A stretch of 64,000 nucleotides of DNA, taken from positions 263,810,001 to 263,874,000 of the forward strand of contig NC_067403.1 in assembly GCF_016432865.1 (NCBI RefSeq), written 5' to 3'. Positions 21,601 through 34,832 of the stretch are shown one piece after another. A program made the position numbers and the translations under genes. Origin of the DNA: Antechinus flavipes (taxonomy: Eukaryota). The notes beneath the pieces are model-generated. The model saw nothing but the letters and a program-made list of their open reading frames with translations. It was not told where the DNA came from and did no database searches. Each line of letters opens with the position of its first letter. The first letter of the stretch is position 1.

Positions 21601-24600
21601 GACTCCCGCTCTGACAATCGTCGCCGGACTGCGGTGGAGGCGCAGGGACTCCTCCCAGCCTCCTCCTCCTCCTCTTCCTCCTCCTCCATCTTCTCCAGAT
21701 CAGAGGCGCCCGTGGTGACCCGCTCGGGATGGCTTGAGGACGGCCCATCCGATGGGTCGGAACCTGAGCCAAAGATATTCTCAACTGTGTACGAGGTCAC
21801 GCAGCGGACGGTCTGGAAGGTCGGCACCTTCGGGCTGTCCACAGAGATGGTACGGGTGATCTCGGAGGGCAGGAGCCCCGCACCGAGCCTTTCGGGGCTG
21901 CTGCTGGGGGAGCTAGAGTCGGACCCCGTGGGGTCAAAGGGGTCGTAGATCTCGCTTTTGATCTGCTTGGTTTTCTTGATGGAGAAGAGGGGCGAAGGGT
22001 TCTCCTTACGCTGAACTTTATTGTCAACTGGCCGGAAAGTGTTACAGAAGCCAGGGTTCGGGAGTCGGCTGGCATGGGCCGTGTTTCCCGGGATGTTAAT
22101 TCGAAAGCTCTCAAATGAGGAGCCCAGACCCTTGCCTCGGGACGGCCCGAAAGCAGCCAGGCTGCTGTGGGAGCCTGGACCGCTAGCACTGGCGCAGGAA
22201 CCGCCACCACCGCCTGAATGTGTCTTAGGCTCCTGGGAATCACGGCCGCCTGGCTTGCTCTCCCCACGGCCCCCTCGGGCAGGCTGGCCACTGCCCTCCC
22301 GCCCAGTCAGCCGGTTGATGCAGGAGCTGGGGATGTCCGCGCCGTGGGCACCGGTGGGCATAGCATCCACATGCCCATCGCTGCCAGTGCGGCCTTCTCG
22401 TCTCATCTTTGGTATTCTGGGAAGCTCGGAGATGTCGATCCTGCGGGGAGCTGCCGGGAGGGGCTGTCCTATTGCCGTCCTACTCAAAGCCTTAGGGGAC
22501 TCAGACGTCACTGCCACAGGACGCTTGTCTCCATGAAGCGGGGGCATTCCATTGGGTTTCAAACCCAGCCTGTTCCTATTTGCCAAGTTCTGCGTCTGAA
22601 CTGGGCGAGGGGTCATTGAATATTCTAATTTCACAGTTGCCCTTCTGGGCTCGCTTGGGGAAAGGGTCACAGACTTCTCTGACCCCTTAAGGCAGGAAGA
22701 GGAGGAAGGAGAGAGCACGCTGGCGGTGGGCCCCCCAGATGAGTTTGAGCCCAAATGCTCAGAGACATCTGAACTGAGGCGCGCCACGGAGGTCCCTGAC
22801 TGCAAGGTCCTGGGCTGGACACCAGCCCTGCTCCCGGTCTCTCCATCTTCCCGGTTCTTAGCAGTTGAGCTTCTCTGCAAGGAAATCGGGGCTGAAAAAG
22901 AGAAGATGCCAAGGGGCCGTTGACCACTCACTCGTCCACTCGGAAGCGCATCCTCCCTCACTACCGAAATCCACTTTTCTTGTGTTCGCTCTCAACTCTG
23001 AGCACTGTCCCTCTGTGCCCGGACAGGATGCCCTTCCCTAGGGGTCCTCTAGCAGGGGAGCACCACAGAGTCAGGCGAGCGATCCGACACATGTCCTCTG
23101 AGCCTGGACTACAACTTGTTCCACAAAGAAAAGCCTAACATCCTCACCACTTTCTCTAGCTTCTGTACATTTGCGATTCTCGCCCAGCCCTCCCAACCAT
23201 TTCAATTGCATTTGTCGGCGGCAATCCCTGCCTTCGGAGGGTCCTGGAACCGCGCCTTGGCTGCACGAGGCAGCCAGGACGGCCCCCAGCCTAGTTTCTA
23301 TTCCAAGTGACCAAGGGTGACCAGCTGTGCTAGCGAGAGCCTTACCTGCCTTGCGGGCTGTGAGAGAACCGTCCCGATTGATGACCACGTCGGAGCCGCT
23401 CATCATCAAGAGATTCTGCCCAGACAGGATGCTCCCCAAGAGGTCTGGGACGGGAGCCACTTCTACATCTTGTTCAGGAACCGAAGCAGGAATGCTCCTC
23501 CTGAACCGGAAAGACAGACGAGAAGTTAGGGCTGCTGGCACCGACGCCCCGGGAACGCACACGGCAGCCGGGCTGTGTAAGCTTTGGGACACGACCCCAA
23601 AGCTGGAACAACATTTATGTGTCCAGCCGGGACAAGGACGACGTGGACCTGGACCAGCACAGCCCCCCCCCGGGGAGGTCTGCAGGCCGATGGCAAAGGC
23701 CCTCTCCTCAGCTCATCCCAAACACAGAGAGGTCATACGAGCCCGGATGATCCGCTTCCCACAACTCTGGCGGCCCCTCTGGGGGGCCCAGCAATGGCCC
23801 TGCAGCCTTGATTACTGACCGACGGTCAGTCTAAGTTAAAGGGGGCTCATCTGAAGGCCCAGAGCTAGAGAGGGGACGGCGCTACAGCGACGCACTGTGG
23901 AAGTGGGAAGTCTCGCTTGGTTTAGATCCAGAGCAAAGGACGAGGGAGGGTGTCAAGGTGCCAAGAACTAGTCCTTCCTTTCCTGTGCCCCCTTCACACC
24001 GGGGCCATCAGAGCTCATCTGTCCAGTGCTGTCCGCGTGTCCCCCGTTGGGCTGAGGGCCCTGGAGGGGGAGCCTTCGGATTCAGTCCTTGTGTGAGGTC
24101 CCAGCACGCCACGGTGCCTAATTAATGCTTGAGTCTTCTTAACATCACAGCAGTCCTTGCCCATGCTGGCTGCCTCCTTCTTCCTACACAGCGGTGCCAG
24201 GGCAACCCGCTGTGAGTCTCTCTGCCCCCTCCTGGACTGTGGCCTGCCACCGGCCAACTCCTGGCTAGCCCAGCCCCTCTCACTGGTCTTTGAAAGCCAA
24301 AGCCAGGCCTGTGCGTCAGCCCTTGAACACAGGCCCCAGAGGCCCATCTGTAGCCAGAAAGAGCCCATTGTGGCGCTCGGAAAAAGCAAGGAATGGCCAA
24401 CAAAGGGCCCGGAGTTTGGCCTCCTGAGATCTCCCAGGCTGGAGGAAAGGGAGGAGAGTCAACGAGGGACCGGTCGCCCAAGGAGCCGGCAAGGAGACAG
24501 GGCCCAGGCGCTGGCCCAGAGTCACAGGAGCCCTCTCAGAACCCGGATGTCTCTCAGCCAGTGAAGAGGAGGAACTCTGGGACAGCTTCAGCAGAGAAGC

Positions 24601-27600
24601 TGGGCCTCTTCCACCACGGACACTTTCTGGGACTATCCGGGCGCCTGTCCCGGGTGCAGCGCGCCACCCCCCACTCGCCGCTTCCTCGGGCACTTTGGGG
24701 CTGGATCAGGGTCAGGGTCCACATCTTTCCTAGGGCTCAGTCAGGCAGCATGAGGGCGCCAGCCTCCAAGGCAAACCTTACTTGTGGTGCTGCTCCTGGA
24801 TTCGGTTCGTCCAACTCGGCCTCATTGGGATGAGGGGAGCAAAGAACAGTTGGATGAAATCCAAGAGGAGGCCCGGCCCGGGGGCCCTGCGCTCAAGCTC
24901 TGTGCAGTCGGGAGTCAGGATTGACGCCTGCCCACGTTCTTCTGGGCCAGCTGCTGCTCCGTTCGCTGGGTGGGGGGCTGCCCATGCGATCCCCTTGCCC
25001 CACACCGTGCTCCTGAGAAGCTGAGGGGGGCAGCGTCGGCCCGCTCACCATGCCTCGGGACGTGGCAGTACTCTGTTCACAGGAAAAGTCCGAGAGCACC
25101 TGGCGCTGAGCCCACCTGGATGCTGGTGCAGAACCGGGCTCAGGGATGCTGCCAGGCCAGGCCTTGTCAATACCAGCGTCCAAAGAGCTAAGAGCTGTGG
25201 GTCACCATGGGGCAGTGGGGATATCTGTGGTCAGTGCGTCCAACAGAGAAGGGGGGCGAACAGCAGGGGTGGTGCAGCTCTTGGCACTGCCCGGCCACCT
25301 CTCTGGCTTCCAAGGATGGGGGGCTGCGACGCTTCCTGACACTCGGCCCTTCCTGCCCACTCTAACCTGTCCTTTCGGATACTCCTCTGCCCTCCAGGGC
25401 AGCAGCTCTAGGGCCCCCAGGGCCTGCTCTACTGGCCCCAGCCGGTTACCAAGAGCCGAGAAGAGTCCCTATCTCCAGCATGATGGTCCCCATCCCATCC
25501 CAAATCCAAAGGGACTTCCCCCCAAATCCACCTTGGCCATCAGGGCCATCGTTTCTGTTCTCAGTCACTCGTCGGGGGGCGAGGGCTCTGGTCAGGGAGA
25601 GTGCTGCTGAGTGTTAAGTTCTCAACGGAAGCCAAGGCGAGCAAGTCCGGCTGCCCCTCAGCCAGCCCCAGTGGGCCCTGCTCGAGACGCCAGCTGCTTT
25701 GGGCCAGGCCTCGGGTGCTTCCCAACTCAGAATGACCACAGCCCTTTGTTCCCCAAGAGGAGGGACACGGGGGACAGAAGGCCCACCAGAAGACGCTGGT
25801 GCGACGGTGGAGGACAGCCATCCTTCCCCCTCGTCCTCCATGCTTCCTAGTGTTACTCAGTTCCCTGTTCTTGAGGGCCAGAGTCCTCAGGACTCTTCCC
25901 TCTCTTCCATCCTGTCCAGTTCAGATCCACAGAGTCTCCCCCAGGAGACCCTCCACCCCGTAGGACCCCTCCCCGCCCAGGAGTCTGCCTGCCTGCCTCC
26001 AGGCCAGGAGCACGTCCACCCCCCCAACGCAGTGAACTCCCCCTGTCTCCTCCTCTGATCACGTGCCCTGGCATATGACGACTCCTGAGCTTCTCCATTT
26101 GCCTCCAGCTTTGGAGCCTTTCCCTCCCTCCCTCCAAGCACACCGACCTCTGACGTGCTACAGGAAGGCCAGGGCCTCCTCCATTTCTGACTCGTCCCCC
26201 TTCCGGCTGTGAGCGTCTCATCTCTTTGTAGCAGGGGCTTGGCACAGTGCCTGGCACTGGTTTCCTAGCAGCCCCTGGCAGGGCTCTGGGCAGGCCCGCC
26301 TCCCTTCTTCCCACCCCCTCACCTGGAAAGTCCCACAGGAACGGGTCTCGCCACGGGCTGATGAGATCGGAGAGCTGACTGCGAAAGAATCCGTCTCTTG
26401 GTGCTCAGGGGAGACGCTCGGTTTGCTGGGAGCTCTTCACCACTGGAAGCACATGAGACAGAAGCGGTGGGCAGCCCCGATTAACTGAGGAGGGGGCCAG
26501 CCTTCCTGAACTTCCTGGGCTTGATCCCACAGGAGCAGGATCCCCCTTCCGTGGACTGGCTATCGCCTCTTCTCGTCCTCAGAGGTCATCCCCTCAGGAC
26601 CCCCGCAGGACAGCCCCTCAATGCCCCCCCCCCCCCCCCGGCTAGCAAACCAAGGGGGAGGACGGGGGCTGCCTTGTCTTTGGCCCCCCAGCATTAACCT
26701 GTCTCCAGCCAGGCTGCTCACGAAAACATGGAAGAGAGCAGGAAAGGCCAAAGGCCATTCAGAGACTCGACCCAGAGTCTGAAGGAGGAGGGGGATGGGC
26801 CCAGAGACACTGTGCCCGGGAGGAGTACCAGGACGCTGGGGAGACCCACAGAGGCAGAATCTGCCCTCGATGCCAGCTCTGAGGCGCCATGGGGTTTCCC
26901 TCTCCGAGGGGGAGATGCCCTCATCAACAGTCTACCCACGAGACCCTCATTTCCAGCACACCGCTGGCCCTTGTGGCCCCTCACCACGGGTCACAGCCAG
27001 GAAGGGCCAAGGCCCACTGCACAGCCGAGGACTGCCTAACGCCCTATTCCCAGCCAAGGTTACGGGGAGGGGGCCCAGGACCCTTGGAGGCCAGGGAGCC
27101 GACCTGTACCTGTCATAGGGGTCCAGCTCGTAGGGGTCTCCAAACAGAGACAAGGAGGCCGCTCCAATGTCTGCTCGCATGAAGCCCAGCGAGGGCTCGA
27201 CGGGCTTGTACACAGAAGGTATGGAGGCTCCACGCAGCGGTTTCCCGAGGCCCAGGGTCCTGGCGAGGCGAGAACGCGCCGTGATGTCAGTTTTGACCTG
27301 AGCCGTGAACCAGAAGAAAAAGCGAAGCAGCTGTCAGTGCCCAAGCTGGGGGCCCCAGCCTAGGGGGTGGTGTGGGGACCCTCATCCTCCCTCAGCCCAG
27401 GCCACACAACTCAAGCTCCAGCTTCCCCCCCGAGAGGCAGGCCAAGGGCTGCTCCTTCGGAGACCACGAATCGTGCTGGGAAGGCTCCCCAGAGGAGCCC
27501 CAGACCCAGAAGTGCCCCCCAGGGCCTAGGCCTGTTGGGGGGAAGAGCCCGTACCCGGTTCCTCTGCCCCTTCCTTTTCTTCACTCGGGACTTGCGCCTC

Positions 27601-30048
27601 TTGGGCCGCGTCCCCGAAGCCTTGCTCCTCGCAGACAACTTGGATGACGCTCTCTTTCTTCCAGCCGCTTTCTTCCTTCTCCCTGGAGAAACAAGATGCG
27701 AAGGCGGATTTGAGGCACACTCTGGACGCCCCCGGGGCCAGTGGCCAACGGACCAGGCTGCCCCTCAGGACTGCCGAACCCTCACCACGCCCAGGAGGCG
27801 GCCAGCGGCGGGCACCCAGGGAGCCCCGACGCTGCCGGGGGGGGGGTGCAGGAGCTTTCCCTCCCAGGACCCCCATCCCCTTGCCTGCTTTTCTCTTCCT
27901 TCTGACTGGAGTCCGGGGAGCGAGAGGCCGGCGGTACACGGCGGTGCTCAGTCCAGAGGCCACGGCTTCGATGGTTTCGTCCAGGAGGGACGACATGAGG
28001 TACCTGGGCACCCGCTACAGAGAGTGAGACAGGCCCCGTCAGGGTGGGCCCCTGGGAGCCCTGCGGTGCCTTTCTCCCCGACTCCCCAGGCTTCAGGCCC
28101 CAGCGGTTCCCCACATCAACGACCCCTGCAAGGACCGGGGCCTGCCTTTCTCTTCAGACTGCTGGGACGACGGAGAGGGGGTCGAGCAGCGTGACGCCTC
28201 CCCAGCCCCCCTCCCGCTCCCCTGGCCCCCACGTGGCTGGCCCCGACTGCCAGGGGACACAACGGCCCTGCCAGGCCCCACCTGAATCCTCCGGGCCGTG
28301 GTGATCCGGTTGCGGTTCACGGTGGCTCTCACCCTCTCACTTTGGCGAGTCCTGGCAATAGCCCGGGTCCGGCCCGCGTTGGGGCGTAGCCGGCTGGTGG
28401 TAGGGACCACGTCGACCAGGAGCAAGGCCACCTCCTCCTCGCTCACAGGCTCCACGTCTAGGGGAGGAGAGAGACCGGCTGTCACCAGCCCGGCGGCACA
28501 GTCCCCCTCATGCAGACCCCCAGGGCCTCCTACAACAGAGCCCCAAGATTACCGGTGGCAGCAGCGGGGGGCGCCGCGGGGGCAGCCGTGGCCACGCACT
28601 CGGGACAAAACCATTCGTCGATGGGCACCTCGCTCAGGGAGGGGTTCAGACATTCCATGTGGTACCTGCACAGGTGGAACGAGGCCGTGTAGCTGCAGCC
28701 TCCCGCCGCTCCCCCAGAAAACCCGCAAGGACTGAGGCCCTGGGCCAAGGGTCAGTGCAGCCCGCCAGAGGCCGAGGACTCTTCTGCGTCGTCACAGGAC
28801 ACTGAGAACTCTGACTCTGCGTTCGGAGGCAAGCCTCCCCCAAACCCGAACTCACCACAGCAACAGCAGGCCCTGCTCCGGCCACAGAGAACTGAGTTCA
28901 AATCCTGCCACGGCAGCGTGAACCCGCACTAATCCTTGCCCCCAAAGCTGCCTCCCCAACTCTAGGCGCAGATGGGCAAAGCGTATCTGAGTCAGGCCCA
29001 CGCAGAGCCAGCAGGAGCCCCGGCCCCATGGGAAGAGGGGGCGCTCCGGGAGGCTCAGCACCGGCCCCCCCGACCCCCCCAGGGAAGCCCCCCCGCCTGG
29101 GGCCCGAGCCTCACCCGGCATCACAGCCGTCACACAGCAGCAGCCGGTCCTCGCGGTCGCTGCGGCCGCACACCTCACAGAAGGTGGGGTCCTCCTCCTC
29201 CTCGGCCTGAGGGGCCTTCTGGCTCTCCACAGGAATCTGCCGGGAAAGGCGGTTACCCCCGGGCGCCACGGCGCAGCCCACAGCGGCGCTCCTCCGCTCC
29301 CCGGGGGGGCGCTCACCTTTTTCAAGACTTTGCCTCCAAACCGGGCTCGGATGCATATCCACTTGAAGAGGATCCGGTCCACGGGGCAGGAGTTGGCGTT
29401 CTGGGGAAGGCACAGGGGGCACGGTCAGGCTCGGCCTGGTCAAGGACCCCCCTGCGCCCGGTGCCCCCCGCCTACCTTGGACCACTCCACGATGCAGTCG
29501 AGGCAGAAGTAGTGGGCGCAGTTCTCGGGGGTGCCCACCGCCTGGCCCCGAAAGGCATTGAGGCAGATGGGGCAGTTCTCGGCATCCTCGTCTGAGCTCA
29601 GGACGCCCCCGGCCGAGGGGTCCGGCTGACCCTTGGGGGGTTCCGGGGGGGCATCCTCATCCCCAGAGGCGCTGTCCTCAGAGCTGTCCCAGTCTGGAGA
29701 AGGCCCAGGGGTCAGCGGCCGCCCAATCCCGCCTCCCTCCCGGCCCTGGCTCCTCCCAGGGGATCCCTCCTCACCGGAGCCTTCTTCTCCGTCCTCGTCC
29801 TCCTCCTCACTGCCAGAGTCTTCCTCCGAGTCGCAGCTGGGCCCCACGTCGCTGCTGTCATCTGGACGGACACGGGGCTCAGGGACCACCTCTTCCCCCC
29901 TCCCCTTGACCAGGCGCCCCCACCCCAGACGGGCCCCCCTCCCCGCCCCTCCCCCGGCCTCACCAGCCTCGCTGACCACCGGGACTCGGCCCCTGGCTCT
30001 GGCCCCCGCGCTCCTGCTGACGAACTCATCCTGACTGTCCTCATCCAT
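18627..30048 (-). CDS. PHRF1: PHD and RING finger domains 1, 17 coding exons, ~1675 aa
   Basis: Exons 30048-29964, 29861-29775, 29693-29476, 29400-29317, 29236-29115, 28665-28553, 28457-28282, 28014-27885, 27682-27555, 27297-27110, 26442-26323, 23500-23346, 22891-20153, 19693-19542, 19334-19074, 18988-18860, 18767-18627, totalling 5028 nt in frame. [12 protein letters not shown]...[24 protein letters not shown]; [32 protein letters not shown]...WFCPEC; RS-rich region; C-terminal [23 protein letters not shown]. Confidence 0.97.
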
Positions 30049-30249
30049 GGCTGGACATGGGGGGCGGCTCTGGGGGGGAGAGCCGCCTGAGCTGCTTGGG
30101 TCCAGGGCGCCCCCTCCGGTCTGCTGGGGCGGGCTCAGCCGCCCGCTCCCCCTCCACCAGCATCGGGGCGGACGGGGCTGGTCCGGGTTCGAGTCCTGCT
30201 TCCTCCCCTACTCCCCCCCGGGCCTGCTCCCCCCTCCCATCGCGAGCCC

Positions 30250-31050
30250 CCCGGAGCAGCCGAGGCCTCTGGGGGCCGGGCTTGTCGGGACTTCCTCCGA
30301 GAAGGACCGGCGGGGCCACGCGCGCGGGCCGGCACTCACCGACCACGGCGCTGCTCCTGCTCCGCTCTGCCCCAGCTACGGCTCGTCTTCGGCTCTGACT
30401 CCCACTCGGCCCCGCTCCAGCTCCGGCCCAGCTCTCGCTACCGAACTAGGCCCTAGATGCGGCCGCCCAGATCCCCGCCGTCGCCGTCGCCGTCGCCGCC
30501 AGCGCACTCCCGACCCGGAAGGACACTGGTCCCACTTCCGGGGGCGCCCCCCGCCTTCACCACCCGTTGGACAGATCCATGAAAACGACGGAGGGGGAGA
30601 GGCGCGGCGAAACAGCAAAGGCCGTGGATCTCTCCGGCCGGAAGCGAGGAGGGGGAGCCCGGGCTTTGCCTACATTTATCGGTTTATGGAGAGGAGTTAC
30701 TATAGGGGAATTCCAGAAGGAAGCGTCAAGACTCAAAGATACAGTTTTTAATGGCTCCCCCTCTTTCTGGGGAATGGTCCGGATCCCGCGGCGTCTCCCT
30801 CCTCAAAATGGTACAGCCCATCTCATCTGCCTCTATTCCCCTAGAGGAATGGCCCCGGCCACTTCGCGTTCTCCCCGCCCCCCTCCCTTCGGCTCTGGGC
30901 TGGCGCATGCGCCGAGGCGAGGGGAAGGGTTGGCGCTGGGCGCTAGGAGCGAGATTTTTCTCCCTTTCCAGAGGAGAGGAGAGAGGGAGAGAGTGGGGGA
31001 AGGATTCAGGGCGGGGCTCGCGGGGAGGCATTTCGTTTAGAGGGGCCTGG
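30250..31050 (-). promoter_or_regulatory. PHRF1 CpG-island promoter with non-coding exon 1 (donor at 30340), ETS (CCGGAAG) and NRF1 (GCGCATGCGC, 30903-30912) motifs
   Basis: High CpG density; motifs seen directly. Confidence 0.7.
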
Positions 31051-31621
31051 GGAAGGGGTGGGGAGGGATTCCCGTCCGTGCCGCCTCCTTCGTTCTGCCT
31101 TCCTGTGGTCCGTTCCCAGCCCCCAGCATTTATCAGGCACCTGCGGAATCCTGAGGAGTCCCTAGCATGTGGAGCCCTTTGGAAAGGGGCCCAGAGAGCC
31201 GTTCTCCCACGGAGAAGAGGCCGGATCCCCTCGCAGGTGGGGGCAGACACTGGCAAGGGGCCCAGGAGGAGGAGAACAAATGATAGAGGCAGCTAGAGGA
31301 CCAGCGGACAGAGCCCTGGGTCTGCCATCAGGAAGGTGAGGTGACTTGCCCAGGGTCACCCAACCTTGAACTCAGGTGTTCTGGACTCCAAGGCCAGTCT
31401 TGTGAGCACACGGTAGTCACCTGGTTACTTGGTGCCGGGCCCTGAGCTGCCCCCAGACCGGAGTGTTCTCCTCATTCTGCCTCCTGGCTTCCTACAGACT
31501 CAGCTCAGATCCCACCTTCTGTTGGCCTCCCTTCCTAGTCCTTCCTCCCCTCCCCCCTTCTTTCACAGCATATGTCAACTGGCTTCCATCAACCAGCATT
31601 TATTTAGCACCTACTGTTTGC

Positions 31622-31806
31622 CAGAGGCAGCTAAGTGTTACAGTAGATACAGTGCTAGGCCTGAAGTCTCAGGCAGTGTAGTCCTGGGCAGTCATATAAC
31701 TAGCCTGCCTCAGTGTCCTCATCTGTAAAAAGAGCTGGAGAACGGCAACCCGGTTGCCAAGAAAACCCCAAATGGGGTCATAGAGAGTTGGACACGACTA
31801 AAGTGA
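31622..31806 (+). mobile_element. Mar1-type CORE-SINE
   Basis: cctcagtgtcctcatctgtaaaa core plus the marsupial tail gccaagaaaaccccaaatggggtcatagagagttggacacgact. Confidence 0.7.
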
Positions 31807-33079
31807 ATGGACAGTGTGGCTACTTGTCAGATGCACAGATGGGCCCTGTCCCTGCCCTCGGGAAGCTTCTATTGCACTGGTGGAAGATGCCCCGGAAGCC
31901 TCAGCACTGCCGAGACGAATTCTCCTTGGGCAGCTGGCAGGTTCAGAGGCTGCAAAAGCAATCACGACCATAGAGGCTGGGGAAGGTCCCTAAACATTTA
32001 TTAGGCACTTCCTGTATGCAGGCATTGTGCTAAATGCTAGCAAACCAAGAAAAGTCCAGGTGAAGGTCGTGCTTTGCAGGCACTGAGCTTTTCCAGGGGA
32101 GGGATTCTTAACTGCTGTGGCTCAGCTGGTCACTCTCCTCTCCCACTCCCTTCATTTGGTCCTTCAGAGCTGCAAAAGGGATAAATCGTCCCCAACAAGT
32201 GCAGTCCCTTGCTGGGAGCCTCATTTTCTTTTCTGAAATCGAAGAAACAATCCCTTTGTGTTGAGCCTCTTGGAAGTGTTCTTCCGACAGTCAAGAGGGT
32301 GGGCAGGAGGTGCTGGGCAAGTCCCGGTTTTGTCTGGAAGCCCTACTGTGTGCTTTGCCCTGGGGACAGAGGCCATAGTATTGACAGAATTCCGAAGAGC
32401 TCCCCTGTGGGATTGCAGAGAAGGCCTGACTGGGGAGGGGTGATGGCCCGAGGGCCCCCTTTGGCTTCAGACCTCTGTAATGGGATACACGTGAAGCGCT
32501 TGAAGGACAGAAGCAGAGGCTCTTTGCAGAGGCTGGGGGGCATTCTCATCACTGTGAGAGGGGAACGGGGCTCTGGGATACCCAGATCGGAGAACCCAGA
32601 GCACAAGCTGCCCGATTCAATTGTCAAAGGGAGAAACACGAGTCTCCACGTGGGCTCAAAGTCAACTTTCCCAGCACCAGGCGGGAGTGGCGGGAAGCTA
32701 GATGCCCATTTGGGAGAAGGAGACGTTGGCCCTGGAAGACCACATGGCTTGGGCCAGGCTCCGAGGGGCGGGGGCGGCCTGGTTCCTCTCTCTCCCGCCC
32801 CACTCGGGCTCCAGGATCCCTGCTGCCCAGATGGCGTCTGCCTGGGAAGGACGTTGCCGACGGAGCAGTGCTGGCGGCCGTTCCCATCTTGGACCCTCTC
32901 GGGCTGCTCTGTCGCTGGCCCTTTTCTGGGAGCCTCCTTTAAATGAACGGCTTGCTGGAAATGTAAGGGGGCTGGGCAGGCTGGAAAAGACTCCAGGCCA
33001 GAGATGAAGGGCACCGAGCGGCAGGGATGGGACACTGGGTGGCGAAGGCTGGAAAAGGGCCAGGAGGAGGCTCGCAAGA

Positions 33080-33800
33080 ACTAAGGGCTGCGGACGCAAA
33101 GGCGGAGGCGGAGTCACACTGACCCGGGGACCGCTCGTAGCGCTCTGGCGCCCCAGCGCGGCTGCCGAGGGGTACTACGTCGGCTCTCCGCCAGACTTCA
33201 GCTGGATAGGGGAGAGCAGTGCGCGCACCGTGGAGCTGTGGGCGGGGCCCGGCCTGCGTGCGCGGCGCCGGTGGCTACGTGCCCAACGACCCTGTTCTCA
33301 TGGCCCTGCGTAGCCGTCGGGTGCGGTCCATACCACTGCGCTAACCTAGGGGGAGGCCCGTTCTCCCTCACCTTCCCCATCTCTGCCTGGATGGGGCCTG
33401 CGAACCTCCCCTCCTTCCGTCTCTCCGTTTGCACTCTTTTTAGGGTGCGCAATAAGGTCAAGCGATTGCGAGGGATAGACTCACTCTAGAGTCTACCTCC
33501 CCCATCTCCGAGAAAATGGTTTCCCCCAGAAGGAAGACGTGCAGAAACGAACGCGCCGCGCGGCCCTCGGCCGGGGCACTGGGGCCTACCACCCTTGCGG
33601 GGCCCATAGGCCACGCCCTTTCTCTCGCTCATTGGCTGCATCTGCAGCGGGGCGGGCTTAGACCGACTTCCTATTGGTTGGGAGGCTAGCGAGTAATTTG
33701 CAAAGGGGCGTGGTCTGTGGGGCGGGGCGGAAGGCTGGGTACGCGGGGCGGCGGCGGTGGCGGAGCGCGGGCTGGCGGGGCCGGGGGACCGCGGCCCGGG
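33080..33800 (+). promoter_or_regulatory. MIR210 host-gene CpG-island promoter with hypoxia-response elements
   Basis: RCGTG at 33256-33260, TACGTG at 33276-33281 and ACGTG at 33537-33541, with ATTGG and GC boxes around 33630-33730. The HIF control of miR-210 is established knowledge; the TSS was not determined. Confidence 0.6.
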
Positions 33801-34059
33801 GGCCTATCTCGGGGCCCGGGGGCCAGGGAGACGTTGGTCCTGGGCCGACCCAGCCCTGGCGGCTCGGATCCGGCCTTGGGAAACTCCCGGTGGCGCCAGG
33901 GGGAGTGGGGCCGTCACTGCCGAGGCCCCCAGAGCGGAGCCGGGTTCCAAGGATGTACGCTCCGGACTGCCAGGCTCGGGACTTCGAGCTCTGAACTCCA
34001 GCACCCGAGCTCGGACGCTCATCGCTTGCGCCCCGGGGGCGGGGAGGGTGGGGGAGGGC

Positions 34060-34800
34060 GGGGTGCAGGATGGAGACTCGGGTTCCAGCTCTTGGGCTCT
34101 GGGCTCTAGTTTCTGCGCTTGCGGTGCCAGGCTTGGGCTCCAGATTCCAGTGCTTGGGCTGGGGTTTCCCTTGTGCGTTTCACGGTGCCAGAGCTTCGGC
34201 TCTGGACTCCAGCGCTTGGGCTGGCGCTCGTCTCCTGCGCTCCGAAACGCCAGGCTTGGGCTCCGGGCTCTAGTTCCAGGGCTCAGTCTGTCTCCTGCGC
34301 TCCGCTGTGCCAGGCTTGGACTTCGGGCCCCAGCGCTCTGCGGTGCCAGGCTCGGGCTCTGGGCTCCAGCGCTTGGGCTCTAGCGCTCAGGCTGGGATTC
34401 ATCTCCTGTGCCGAAGTGCCGGAGCTCTGCGGTGCGGGTGCTTGGGCTGCAGGCTCCAGCCTCAGGGTCCTGCGCTCCACTGGTGCCACGTTTGGGCTCC
34501 AGGTTCCTCCGGATTCGTCTCCTGCACTCCGCGGCACGAGCGCTTGAGCTCCAGACTCGGACTCGCCTCCTGCGCTTCCCGGTGCCAGTGCTTGGCTTCC
34601 AAGTTCCATCTCGGGGCTCGAGGCTCCGTCTCCTGCGTTCTGGGGTGCCAAGGTTCCGGGATCTAATTGCTTGAGTTTCAGTGCTTGAATTCTGGCTTTG
34701 AGCGCGGGGTCGCCGGCCCTTGGGTTCTAGTCTCCATACTTTTAGCTTCAAGGGCTTTGCTATGGGGTTATCTCTGGCATCCAGGTCTGGGCTCCGGGCT
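34060..34800. repeat. Degenerate CpG-rich repeat (gggctccagcgcttgggctc-like) upstream of the miR-210 hairpin
   Basis: Recurrent gggctc/ccagcgctt/tcctgcgctcc modules. Confidence 0.7.
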
Positions 34801-34832
34801 CCTGGCTTTGGTCATGAAATTCAGACTCCGGT

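Noticed and set aside
31745-31770. Palindrome ggcaacccggttgcc / X-box-like gttgccaagaaaac
   Set aside because: It is part of the Mar1 SINE body, not a locus-specific element.
32209-33117. 244-245-aa ORFs on both strands between PHRF1 and MIR210
   Set aside because: They show no recognisable domain or homology and overlap each other on opposite strands, which is typical of GC-rich noise.
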